A DNA stretch of 64,000 nt. It comes from Dimorphilus gyrociliatus. Lineage: Eukaryota > Animalia > Annelida. The stretch covers positions 3,218,165-3,282,164 of the forward strand of contig CAJFCJ010000005.1 in NCBI GenBank assembly GCA_904063045.1. Reading direction: 5' to 3'. The notes under the pieces were generated by a model, which made no database searches, had not been told where the DNA came from, and was given only the letters and a program-made list of their open reading frames with translations. The first letter of the stretch is position 1. Every line of letters begins with the position of its first letter. The position numbers and the translations under genes are program-made. Of this stretch, positions 51,099 to 62,300 are shown piece after piece.

Positions 51099-52265
51099 AT
51101 GAAATTAAATGAGCACATTGTAAAAGGGATTGAAAAAGATATTTCTCCTTTCTATTATTACGATTTAAAGGTTTTAGAGGAGACTTTAATGACTGTGAAG
51201 AATGAATCTTCAAAATATAATTACAAAGTACATTATGCTGTAAAAGCAAATTTTAATCCCAAAATTATGCGTTTAATTTCCAATTATGGCTTTGGAGCTG
51301 ATTGCGTAAGTGGTAATGAAATAATTCATGCTTTAAAAATGGGATTTTCAAGTAATGACATCGTTTTGGCTGGTGTTGGAAAAACTGATAGAGAAATTCG
51401 TTTGGCATTGGAAAATAATATATTTTGTCTGAATGTTGAATCTTTGGAAGAATTGAAAATAATTAATAATATTGCTCTTGATATGGGAAAATTTGCTCCT
51501 GTAGCTCTTCGATTAAATCCTAATATTAATGCAAAAACACACCATTATATTACAACTGGTTTGTCAGAAAATAAGTTTGGAATACCTTTAACAATGTTAG
51601 ATAACATTTTGGATGAAATACAAACAATGGATAATATTTATTTGAAAGGATTACATTTTCATATTGGTTCTCAGATAACAGACTTAACCGTGTATGAAGA
51701 TCTTTGTAAGCAGGTTAATGAAATACAAATTGACTTGGAAAAGAGAAACATTAACTTGGATCACATAAACGTTGGTGGTGGATTGGGGATTAATTACAAT
51801 AATCCAGATGATAGTGAGGCTTATAATGTTTCTAATTATTTTGCATTATTTGATAAATATTTGGATAAAAGACCAAACCAAAGTTTACACTTTGAAATTG
51901 GTCGTTCGATTGTTGGAACTTGTGGATCGTTAATTACAAAAGTTCTATTCGTAAAAAAAGGTATACAAACAGATTTTGTGGTAGTCGATGCCGGAATGAC
52001 AGAACTCATTCGTCCAGCACTATATCAATCATATCATCAAATAAATAATCTAAGTTCACTTGATGAAAGTTGTAGATACCATGTAGTAGGTCCAATTTGC
52101 GAGAGTTCCGATTGCTTTGGTAAGAATATTATTTTACCAAAGACAAGAAGAGGAGATATAATTGCAATTCGTAGTGCAGGAGCCTACGGACAAGTGATGT
52201 CCTCCAGATATAATCTTAGGAGTACAGCTCCAGCTCTCTATAGTGATGGTACGTGGGAAAATTAA
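51099..52265 (+). CDS. lysA: Diaminopimelate decarboxylase, bacterial type, intronless (HGT candidate)
   Basis: 388 aa with PFYYYD, HYAVKAN (PLP Lys), GADCVSGNE, GVGKT, NVESLEEL, TTGLSENKFG, HFHIGSQI, NVGGGLG, EIGRSIV, DAGMTELIRPALY, VVGPICESSD and AGAYG..MSSRYN. Confidence 0.95.
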   Translation: MKLNEHIVKGIEKDISPFYYYDLKVLEETLMTVKNESSKYNYKVHYAVKANFNPKIMRLISNYGFGADCVSGNEIIHALKMGFSSNDIVLAGVGKTDREIRLALENNIFCLNVESLEELKIINNIALDMGKFAPVALRLNPNINAKTHHYITTGLSENKFGIPLTMLDNILDEIQTMDNIYLKGLHFHIGSQITDLTVYEDLCKQVNEIQIDLEKRNINLDHINVGGGLGINYNNPDDSEAYNVSNYFALFDKYLDKRPNQSLHFEIGRSIVGTCGSLITKVLFVKKGIQTDFVVVDAGMTELIRPALYQSYHQINNLSSLDESCRYHVVGPICESSDCFGKNIILPKTRRGDIIAIRSAGAYGQVMSSRYNLRSTAPALYSDGTWEN

Positions 52266-52905
52266 AATAACGAATATTTTTTATTTCTAGTTTGTATTGT
52301 TTGGTTTTGTTTTATAAATTGTAAACTCAATTCTTTGCAGTATTATATTAATATTTAATGCAAAATATACTGAATAATCTACTGCATATATTTAAAATTT
52401 GTCACAACAAAACTCTTATTAATTTAATAGTAATTAGTTGTTAATAAAATGAAACTATGCCAGGATATACCGTATGAAAGTAACACACGTAGATTACGTA
52501 CGGTTATTACAGAGATATCATTGACCCAAGGAATTGAACGATTAAGATAAGATAGAAATATTACTCATATATTAGTATCAATAGTCTAATATTGAATCAG
52601 ATCTCATAAATATCAATATCAAATCAGAGTAGCCGAGAATATAAAACAACATCTGTTTTAGATTTTTACAGTTTTACAAGAAATATTCTATATTTACTTT
52701 TGGTAAAAGTAATATTGCAGTTTTACAGTTATAATTCTTGCAAAAGGGGCCTTAAAATTATACACAGTACAAAAACAATAGGCTCTTATGTTTTCTTGGC
52801 TTGTTATTGGTTCAGATTAATGCATTATAAAAAATTCTATTTATTTATTTAAATATAGTCTATAAATGGGCAAAATTGCAATCACAAGCACTTTCACTCT
52901 ACAAC

Positions 52906-53655
52906 ATGAATAAGTTGAAAACGAAAATATCCATAATAATTTTGATGATAATTATTCATTCGTCTAATACCTCAAATACTTGTTCATTAAGGAAAGTTGG
53001 TTTTGATGACAAACAACTATTTCCAGACTCAATTTTCACGGATAAAGATCATTTTTTAACTCCAGCAAGGGCAGCAAGAATGAAACCAACTGCAGGTGTT
53101 TGGTTAGCTTCTAGAGTACCTGGAAGTTGGATTCAAGCAGACCTATGTTAGAAGTAAAATTTCATACAATATAATATTACTTTAAAATGTTGTACAAATT
53201 GTAGTGCGTATCTATGATATATATGGAATAGATATGAAAGGTGGTGATGCAACTAGGTATACTACCAATTTTCATCTCATGTATGGACTCTCCACATCTT
53301 CATTAGTATATTTTAAAGAAGGAAGCAGTAAGAAGGTCTCGTCTATACTATAAATAATTTTTATGTATAATTGTAATTTGAATTTTGGCATTGTTGTAGG
53401 TTTTTAAGGGAAATATTGCATCTAACTGGAACCAATTAATTCATGTGACATTCCCGCAAAAAATTGTAACAAGATATATTAGAATACTTACAAGATCTGG
53501 TAGCCTCTATGCTGGAATTGCTTTCGAACCCTACGGATGCCGTAAGTTATCTTTAATAGATAATACTTACAATTTTTATCATATAAACATATTTTCATTT
53601 TAATTATATTAAAAAAGACAAGACAAACGCATTTCAACTATCTAACTATTTTTAA
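52906..53655 (+). CDS. Secreted single F5/8 type C (discoidin) domain protein; last exon tentative
   Basis: Signal-like KISIIILMIIIHSS; ARAARM..GVW..SWIQADL|..IYGIDMKG..YTTNFHLMYG..|VFKGN..TRYIRI..FEPYGC. Confidence 0.8.
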
Positions 53656-54359
53656 TACTAACAAACAACAAGTCAGTCTTTCTATAACACAGTTACTACA
53701 CTCTATAGTGAATAATAAGCTACTAATAAATAAACTATAAAGATTCACTTATATTCAGTATAAATTACTAACTACTGACGTATGATATTCCACTTAGGTG
53801 ACGAAAATAACTAAGAAAAAATCAATTTTTATACATTAAAGGTTAAATTATTTTATCTGTTAGGCCTATATTTTGACGTTATTAAATTAACCTCATTTAG
53901 GGTGAAAAATAACATCAATACCATTGCCAAACTGTATTAGAATTGAGAAGTTTTAAATGTTTTTATTATTATATAATCAACGTATACAAAGTAAGCACAA
54001 GAGTTTCATATATATATATATATCAAATACATGTATAAATATCTTCGACAATTGAAGACAAAAGCGAAATGAGTATATTTCTTTCAAAAAAAGAAAAAGA
54101 AAGAAAGAAAGAAAACCCGATAATCTCCCAAATCTCTGTCGTAATTATCCCAATTGGGTCAAATGTTACAAAAAAAATAATTCAGAGATTCCACTCAAAG
54201 AGAAGTATTTTTTTTAAGTGTTGCAGTTTTTTTCATCGTAGAGTGTGAATCGTTTAATGGACAATTAAATAATTCAAGAGTATTGAATAAAATAGATTCA
54301 GGATCCAAATGAAAATAATTCCTTCTTATTCAGCAATAATGGTAATATTTATAATTAGC

Positions 54360-56489
54360 TTAATTTTTATAGCCGTTAAATCTGTTTGTATACCGAAAGA
54401 GAAAGTTTGAATCTGAAGATAGCCATTGTTCGTGGGATACCAACTGTGGCGACTTTTCAGCTTGAATGCTATTTGATTGCTGCGTGTGATCCGGTTCTGG
54501 TGTTGCATTAGACTGTGGAGCATAGCTTGGCTCCTCAGTATAATTTGGTTCTTCTTGTGTATAGTAGTTTGCCTCTTGGATATAATTTGCTTCTGGCTCT
54601 AAATCTGCTTCAGGAAGGTTACTCGACTCTTGTGGAAAATTTGGCATTGAAGTTGAATACGGCCCTTGTGCGTAATCTATTTCGTATGTATAAGTTAATT
54701 CTTGCATGTAATTAGGACCTGGAGTTGAATGCAATTCAGATGGGGTCGTTTCTTGCTCCGAATCTGTTTCTTGACCAAAGGTCACGTAATTAAAGAAATC
54801 TGGTGTTTGTATGCGCAACATTTCTTGTTCGTGATTGAACGTCAGTTCTTGGAAATTGTGCTGTGGTGTGGAAAGCAACTCTCGAGGAAAACCGAAATCG
54901 TCGGTGACGTTTAGCTCTTGCGAAATAATTGATTCTTCTGCGGATAGTGCTTCTGATGATAAATTCGGAATAATTAGAGATTCAAGACTACGAGAATTGG
55001 AAAAATCATGTTCGCCAATTTTCGTTCGTTGGGATATTTGCATATCGGTAAACTCATTCGTTTTCCTCTTTCTACAGCCAGCGTCTTTTGATGTAGAAGA
55101 GTCCCACTGTGATTCAATAAATATATTTGCAGAATTTGATGATGTTGAAGAACGAGTATTGTCATCAGCATCATAATTATCATATTCATCATATTCATCA
55201 TAATCATTATTATCATTATTATCATTATTATCATTATTATCATTATTATCATTATTATCATCATTATCATCATTATCATCACTATCATCATTATCGTCAT
55301 TATCGTCATGATCATCATCGTCGTCGTCGTCGTCATCATGACCATAATCAGTACGATTATCACCATCATCATTATCATTGTCAATATCATCATGATCATC
55401 ATCACTACAATCGCTCGAGTTGGCAGAGTACGACGTATCAGAATATGTAGGGGGCGAAAAAGACATTGTTGAGTTATCGTAAAAGTCAAGCACAGCTATT
55501 GTCTCTGAAAAGACTCTTCCAGTATGCGTCTGTGGTGAAAGAGTGTTAATACTATTTTCGTCCGACTCAATTGAAGGTTGAGCAGAATACTCTGGAGAGT
55601 TGCGTTTATGATGGGAAATTTCTTTTTTCGAAACATGATATTGCCCATTATAGAAACTTCGAGTGTTGATTTGAGATAAAGCCGATCGCTTTCCAGTAGT
55701 TTTACTCTTTTCAACAGTTTCCTTTTTTTTAGTATTTGATTGTCTCCTATACTGCGATTCTTGGTTTGTATTGGAGTTTTCTTTCATTTTGTAAAAATCG
55801 TTACAAAAGTCGTCTAAACGATTTCCCATTACTTTCAATTCATCGTAGAGTCTACTATTCTGCTCTATCAACTTATTATTCTGGTTGATGATAACGTTAT
55901 AGTTCAAGTCTTCCATGGAATTAGAAAATACGCATCTTCGGTTAGAACTTTCACCTTTTGGCTGTATATATAGCTTTTGTACGCCATTAATGGTCAAATT
56001 TAAAATTTGAAGAGAAAATGGCGAAATTTTTGTCGATGGGGTATTACGAGGTCTAAATATTACGGGACTATCTTCACTCAATTCTTTTCTAACAAGTTTC
56101 CAATTAGATTTAAGGATATTTTCCAAAATTTCTACGGTTCTAGACAAAGCCGCTTTCGAACCAACAGGAAGTGAGCAAATAGGAAACAATCTAACAAAAA
56201 TTCTACCACACTGACGAATATGTGTCGATAGATTGTCACAATGGTCATTTTCCCTTTTTAAAGAACAGAGAATCCTACTGAATCTAGTACTTAGGGATAG
56301 AGCTGTATAATTAGTAGACAAAAAGGAGCACCTCTTACAAAAAACCACAAAGCAAACGCCTCTTGTTTTACAGGTGAAGTCATCGTTGATGTTGACAGTA
56401 ACTCTACCATCACTTGAACACCATCTTGAACAGCAAACCAAATGAACGCACAAAGGACATTTAGCGATTGAGCACTTTCGAACACCCAT
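54360..56489 (-). CDS. Intronless 709-aa protein: degenerate Penelope-type GIY-YIG/Cys-rich N-terminal domain, predicted coiled coil, and long acidic low-complexity tail
   Basis: Uninterrupted 2.1-kb ORF. The N-terminus KCPLC..INDDFTCKTRGVCFVVFCKRCSFLSTNYTALSLSTRF..LSTHI follows the PLE endonuclease pattern CxxC..I...FTC.T.NVIY.I.CxxC..YIG.T...L..RF..H. No reverse transcriptase is visible nearby. Confidence 0.7.
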   Translation of the reverse strand: MGVRKCSIAKCPLCVHLVCCSRWCSSDGRVTVNINDDFTCKTRGVCFVVFCKRCSFLSTNYTALSLSTRFSRILCSLKRENDHCDNLSTHIRQCGRIFVRLFPICSLPVGSKAALSRTVEILENILKSNWKLVRKELSEDSPVIFRPRNTPSTKISPFSLQILNLTINGVQKLYIQPKGESSNRRCVFSNSMEDLNYNVIINQNNKLIEQNSRLYDELKVMGNRLDDFCNDFYKMKENSNTNQESQYRRQSNTKKKETVEKSKTTGKRSALSQINTRSFYNGQYHVSKKEISHHKRNSPEYSAQPSIESDENSINTLSPQTHTGRVFSETIAVLDFYDNSTMSFSPPTYSDTSYSANSSDCSDDDHDDIDNDNDDGDNRTDYGHDDDDDDDDDHDDNDDNDDSDDNDDNDDNNDNNDNNDNNDNNDNNDYDEYDEYDNYDADDNTRSSTSSNSANIFIESQWDSSTSKDAGCRKRKTNEFTDMQISQRTKIGEHDFSNSRSLESLIIPNLSSEALSAEESIISQELNVTDDFGFPRELLSTPQHNFQELTFNHEQEMLRIQTPDFFNYVTFGQETDSEQETTPSELHSTPGPNYMQELTYTYEIDYAQGPYSTSMPNFPQESSNLPEADLEPEANYIQEANYYTQEEPNYTEEPSYAPQSNATPEPDHTQQSNSIQAEKSPQLVSHEQWLSSDSNFLFRYTNRFNGYKN
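55161..55405 (-). repeat. Coding low-complexity trinucleotide/9-bp repeat tract (Asp/Asn-rich: DDN, DNN, YDE)
   Basis: Arrays of tcattatta, tcattatca and tcg on the + strand. Confidence 0.9.
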
Positions 56490-56538
56490 AAGAGAATGAA
56501 TATCGTTTTTTCATCAACTTGAGAAATTCAAATAATCG

Positions 56539-56576
56539 AATGAGAGAATTGGAATAACTAGCACCCCTTTTATATA
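56539..56576 (-). promoter_or_regulatory. TATA box + initiator upstream of the 709-aa ORF
   Basis: Minus strand TATATAAAAGGGG (56576-56564), followed about 30 nt later by TCATT (56543-56539), about 50 nt before ATG 56489. Confidence 0.55.
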
Positions 56577-58165
56577 GGATTTTTGAGGAGAAGCTCAAGG
56601 GATGAGTAAATACTTTTTGAGAAGTATTCAAGGGAAAAAACACATGTTTACAGTAACTTTTCAATTTCTTAATTAGCTTAAAAGTAATTGAAAGTTTTAA
56701 AGACATAGTCTATTTTGGTCGAAATTAAAAATCATTATCCTTTTACTGGTCGATTAAAAAATGGCTTCGCAAACAACGTTAAAAAATGATTAAAGCTAAA
56801 AAATTGAGCGTTGTGACCTTAGAATACTTCAACTTTAAAAAAGGACACTTTTTTTATTCGCTTTTTTTAGTATAACATTCAAATTTCGATATTATAGTTT
56901 AAATATTATGTTAATATGTTATATATTTAATGAATTATTACTATAATTATTAATATTACAATTAAATTTTATCTGATTATTGAATAATTTCATCATTAAA
57001 TTAGCAAAATAGTTAAAATCTATCATAAAAATTCTTCTCGACTCCTTTCTATATTTCTTTTAACAATAATCAATTAATACTAAATTCATCTTATTATCAT
57101 TAACACTATAGTAGATAATGTTATCTCTCTTATGACCTTGACACTTTGGTATTAAATTCATTTTTCTATCATTGAAATGAACCATCGTCTTTTACGTACT
57201 CATCCCACCTTTTATAGATTGATTTCTATTTGTTCAAATACCTCAAATACTATTTAAAATAACGATTCTATAGACTTTTAAGACAGTAATAGAATGATAA
57301 TTGTTTAGAAATTATCAATTTTTATATAGTTTACTAGTAAAAGTAAAAAACAAAAACCATTTGACAAATATTCTATAGTAAAGCCAATAAACAATATAGT
57401 TTTATTTATTTTATAATTTTTTTGATGAGTGTGTACAAATGTTAAAATCATAAATAACAATCTGTTCTAATTTACGTATGATTGGTAATGTTTGTGATCT
57501 TTTAAAATCATCCTATAATCGACACAATTACAAGACAGGTTGAATAAGAGTCTAAACCTTTCTTTCTTTTTAAGTGTTGTTAATGCCAATTTATACTGAT
57601 TTATAATAATTAATGCTTCTATTTTTGACTAATTATTAAAATATAACTCTTTTAAAGTCACTCTATTAAATGAATTATTAGATAAAGGTAATGGAATGGT
57701 ACAAAAGACGAAAGAATTCTCTGCTATTGAAATTACTCATGTAAACATTATTAGCTTTAGAATATATATAGAATATCTTGCTATTAAATTCAATTAAAAT
57801 TATGAATTACTAATATAGAAATCGTATTCTACAGATACTTTAAGCAAAAATGAACCTTCTTGAGAAAGCTTCTTATACCTTTCTCTATTATTTTTTTTAT
57901 AGAATAGAGAATTGTTAAAGGTGAAACTTTCACCTTATGCTAATTTTAAAAGATCAAACAAATTTGTACTTGCCCTTAACGAATAAACAATTTATGGAAT
58001 TAACATTGTATCAAATATCAAATACTTGACTATGCTCTAAAGATGGCGTTAGTTAAAGGTGATCTTTTACCTTGAAAGAATAAAGATAAAAATATAAAAG
58101 GCGTCCTTTTTTTTCCCTCCTGTTATATAGATACATGAATATTATTAAGTATATTACAACTGTAC

Positions 58166-58187
58166 CTCTCTCTCTCTCTCTCTCTCT
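58166..58187. repeat. (CT)n microsatellite
   Basis: ctctctctctctctctctctct. Confidence 0.9.
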
Positions 58188-59325
58188 GTCTACCTGTCTC
58201 TAATTGAAATAGAATATGTCGCTTTGAATGTTTTGTTTTTTGTTATTTTGTCCGTAATAGTAACTCTATTAATCGGATTTGCATAAACTAAACTATTTAT
58301 AAACCTTTAGATATAACCATCTACAATACTTATATATAGAAAAAAAGAATAGAATGGTAAATGTATACTTTTTATCCAAAAAAACTAAAAAAATCAAAAC
58401 AGGTGTCGAGAGTTATTCATTGCAACTTTTTCTTCATATTTTCGCCTACATAAAGCATTCCTATCTTTTTACTCACCACAATTATACTCAATACAAATAT
58501 TCAAATTAGATTTCTACTAGATTAAACATGAATTTCATTATATTATTATAGTTATATAATTCAAAGATATCCCGCAAAGAAATTAAGTAAAGTATTCAAT
58601 TTCAATGAATTTTCTAATTTATTTATTAAAAATTTGAATATTTCAGATTATTAATAAACTTTTTATATAATAACTTTTTAATAAAGTGAATTGAATATAT
58701 TTTCATTTAATATCTACTTTTTAAAGAATTCTATATAAATGATAGAAAAGTGGGAAAGTATTAGAGAGATGATATATGAAAAAAGAAAAGTCTCTATGAT
58801 CAAAAGAGAATCAATCAATCAATTAATAATTACCTGTCAAAGATTCTACTATCGATAATTTCCTAACAGACTATTGCTTAATACTGTACTTTAACATTTC
58901 TATAATATTTTTTTATTTATAATTTACTTTTAAATGTTTTTCAATAAGATATTTTTTATCTTATTTGATCAGAGACTTTTTTATTAAAGAAAACAAAAAC
59001 AACTACTTTTTTTCCACAGTTAAACTTTGTTATGTTGTTCTAGTTTTATCTATAATTCTACGAGTAGACTGTAACAACTTTATGATTCATTCTTAGAATG
59101 TAAACAAAAGCTTTGAAAAAGATGTAGCAAATCCGTCTATTTGTAATTTTAGAAGGCTTTTAAATAATATACTTGCTTGGCCACGTTTTTCGTAACAAAT
59201 ATCTATAAATATATTGTAGACAGTATTGTTTAACACTTCTTTCTCGTCCAAAGATTATTTTCGTATGTAAAATTTTCTAATGGATACAATTTAGTAAGAT
59301 TCAATGAACTATGAATATTTAGGCA

Positions 59326-62300
59326 ATGGCTCGAAAATTATTCACTAAAGAAGGTTTGTATTATTCTTTTACTAATCGTTTTATTACTACTTATCAATTA
59401 AGGCTTATATCTTTACTTAGAGAGAGATGTACCTTATCTTCTAGTTCAGAATATAAACGATACAATGAAAGATGAACATTTAAAATCTTTGTTATGTCGT
59501 AACGAACAAGTTTGCGGAGGCAATTTAAGTTTCTACCAAAGAGACAATACTACTTTAACGATTAAATACGATTCGGTCGAAAGTAATAAAGAGAATATTT
59601 TCCTTTAATTTTATAGTATTACTATTTATTAATCATCTTTTTTCCTTTCTTGATTGCGTCAAAAAGCTACCTTGAATGTATTGATAAAGTGCTCGAATGG
59701 TTTGAATTTTCAAGGTCAAATTCTTATTATTCATGAAAAAACAAATAAAATGATATTAGTACAGCGGGAATATGATGAATTTGATGAAGATGAATTGATA
59801 ATGATTTTCGGCATACCAATAGATGAGGGTGGTGGTACAAACTTTGGTATAAAAGATCTCTATAGAATAGATAAGAAACATTTAATTATTCAATATATCC
59901 ATGAAAACTGTTAGTATTTTTCCCCGTAGTATTTTGCTAAATGAATGTATAAAAACTCTTTTTAGTTGCGAGTAAACATTTGAAAAAGAGAATGGAAACT
60001 GATGATGAAACTGGAGAAAAATTTCTAATTTATCCACCATCTTTTATTGGAATATGTGATATTCTATGCGAAAGAACAATACAATTATCATATGCAAATT
60101 TGTTTAGTGAGAAAAAATTAGCTAAAACTTTAAAGTTGATTAAATCAGATATAAACCTTATCGAATATAATTATTGGCCCAGAAGAGACATTGGTTTTAT
60201 TAGTCTTAAAAGCTTTGCTGGTTAGGATAAATAAATATCTTATTAAATTATCATTAATTAACAATCAATCGTTTATCGTATTTTAGATGTTAAGTTTCTC
60301 CTTGAAAGAAAAGAAATAAAACTTCGTAATTCAACATTAACGTTTGAAAAATTCAACTTTCTCGATTTCATAAGCTATAAACTTGACGACTTTAAAGACA
60401 AACTTCCTGTTACTTCTGATAAACAATTTGAAAAGAAAAGATTATCCAACATTGATCCTATATATTATACTTATAAATCGGAATTTCATCAATTCGTTAT
60501 CAATTCGACAACTTTTCAAAGCTATTTATCCGAAGAGTTGAAAAGATTCAACTGTAAATTAGCTTTTGATCGAGATAAACCGACGATTGTTGTTTCTTTA
60601 GCTGATGGTAACGATAATGAAAAGATAACTAATGAATTGAATATTCATTTTAAACAATTAACAATTAAATATAGAAAAATTGATAAACTTATCTTTAACA
60701 ATTTAAAATCGGACAAAGTAACAATTAACTACTGCAAAGATACTTCAAAGGCTCAAATAATTGGAAAGTTGGATGACGTTGCACTAATTGTAAAACAAAT
60801 AGAGGATAACATAAAAGAGAACTTTAATAATATTGAATTATTTATCGATGTTAAAGATGAACTCTGTAAAAGATATCTTATCGATAATCTCTTCCTAAAG
60901 CAAATTCAAACTAAATATCCGCAAGTCCAGCTAATCGAAACGAAAAAACCATCAGTAGTTGGTATTTCAGCACCGTCTGCTTGTCATAAACGTATAGAAT
61001 TCGAAATTTTACATCGTTTAGCAAATATTCACTTTACGACAATAAATACTCCTACAGATATACTTAATTTGTGGTCAAATGAATTTATAATTAAAGATGA
61101 ACTTACTAAGAAGTTAGTTCTAGTTGAAAATGCAAAAAATTTCAAGCTATCCGTAACGAAACGTTCATTCATAAACATCATCGCAAATTCGGAGGAAACT
61201 CTAAAAGACATAGAGAATTTGATCAATTCAATTGCCTTTTCTTTTTCAATACCTATTCCAAAGAATATTGGTGAAAGATCAGTAAATTGGTTGGATTTTA
61301 AAAAGGACATTGTCAGATCATTTCAGCCATTGAAACTTACTGAAAATGAATCAGATGTTAATATTATAGCATTTCGAAGTAGCTGTCAAGAAATTTTAGA
61401 TTATATTATTGAAAATTTCAAAATTTTAAACTTGGACTTTGACGAATTTAAAATCCGGCGGTGTATAAAAGGAGATGAATATGAGGATAGTGAGGAGGAT
61501 CTATACGATGTTCACGATGATTCGTTAATCTATTCGTTTATAAATGATAATTTTACTGATCAAGATTCTGAATCAGACAGCGAAAGGGAAGATGAAGAAA
61601 TCGAAAGCAAAGATGAAAATTCTTCTATAAAAACGTTAACGAAAACTTTTTACTGGAAAGAGCATACCTATCCATTAAATAGTAAAAATATGGAAGTGGT
61701 CAATTTGAAGAAGGATATCGAACGACAACATAAAGTTCTAATTGAGAACTTTAACGTAAGAACAATACTTTTAAAGTGTTCAAATGAAAAAACTTGCACA
61801 GTCAGAATAACGAAGAATTGTATTAGTCGGTCATATTCAACAATAATTCTTATCTTTACCAGTTTTGATGATAATTTAAAAAAGAAACTTACCGAATATC
61901 TTGATAAAAATATTAATAATTACTTTAAAGACTTTTCAAAATGTAACAATTTCTATCAAATTCAAGATCAAAATCAGAAGAAACTATACTTTCTATTAAA
62001 CTATTCCAATTCTTCAACAACTTTACTATCCGAACAACTTAAATTATGCTTTAACAGAGTGAATTATGATAGAATAACAATATTACCAAATTTCCATTCA
62101 ACACCATATACATTTTATAAATTTGACGAAATCAACTTATGCATGTTTGAAACAATAGCTGAAATGACTTTAAAGTTATTACCGGAAGAAATTGATATTC
62201 AAATTAAGAGTGTAGCTGAAGAGAATATAACTTTAGCCGTTATGTCTTCGTCACTTTATGGTCTTGTTTATCAACAGGATAAGTTTAAAAAATTAAATCA

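Noticed and set aside
54974-55489. Met/Ile-rich (54974-55489, -) and His/Tyr-rich (55127-55450, +) ORFs
   Set aside because: Shadow frames of the ATC/ATT triplet tract within the 709-aa ORF.
57100-59280. Several short coding-like stretches with splice-like signals
   Set aside because: No consistent frame or recognisable family could be assembled.
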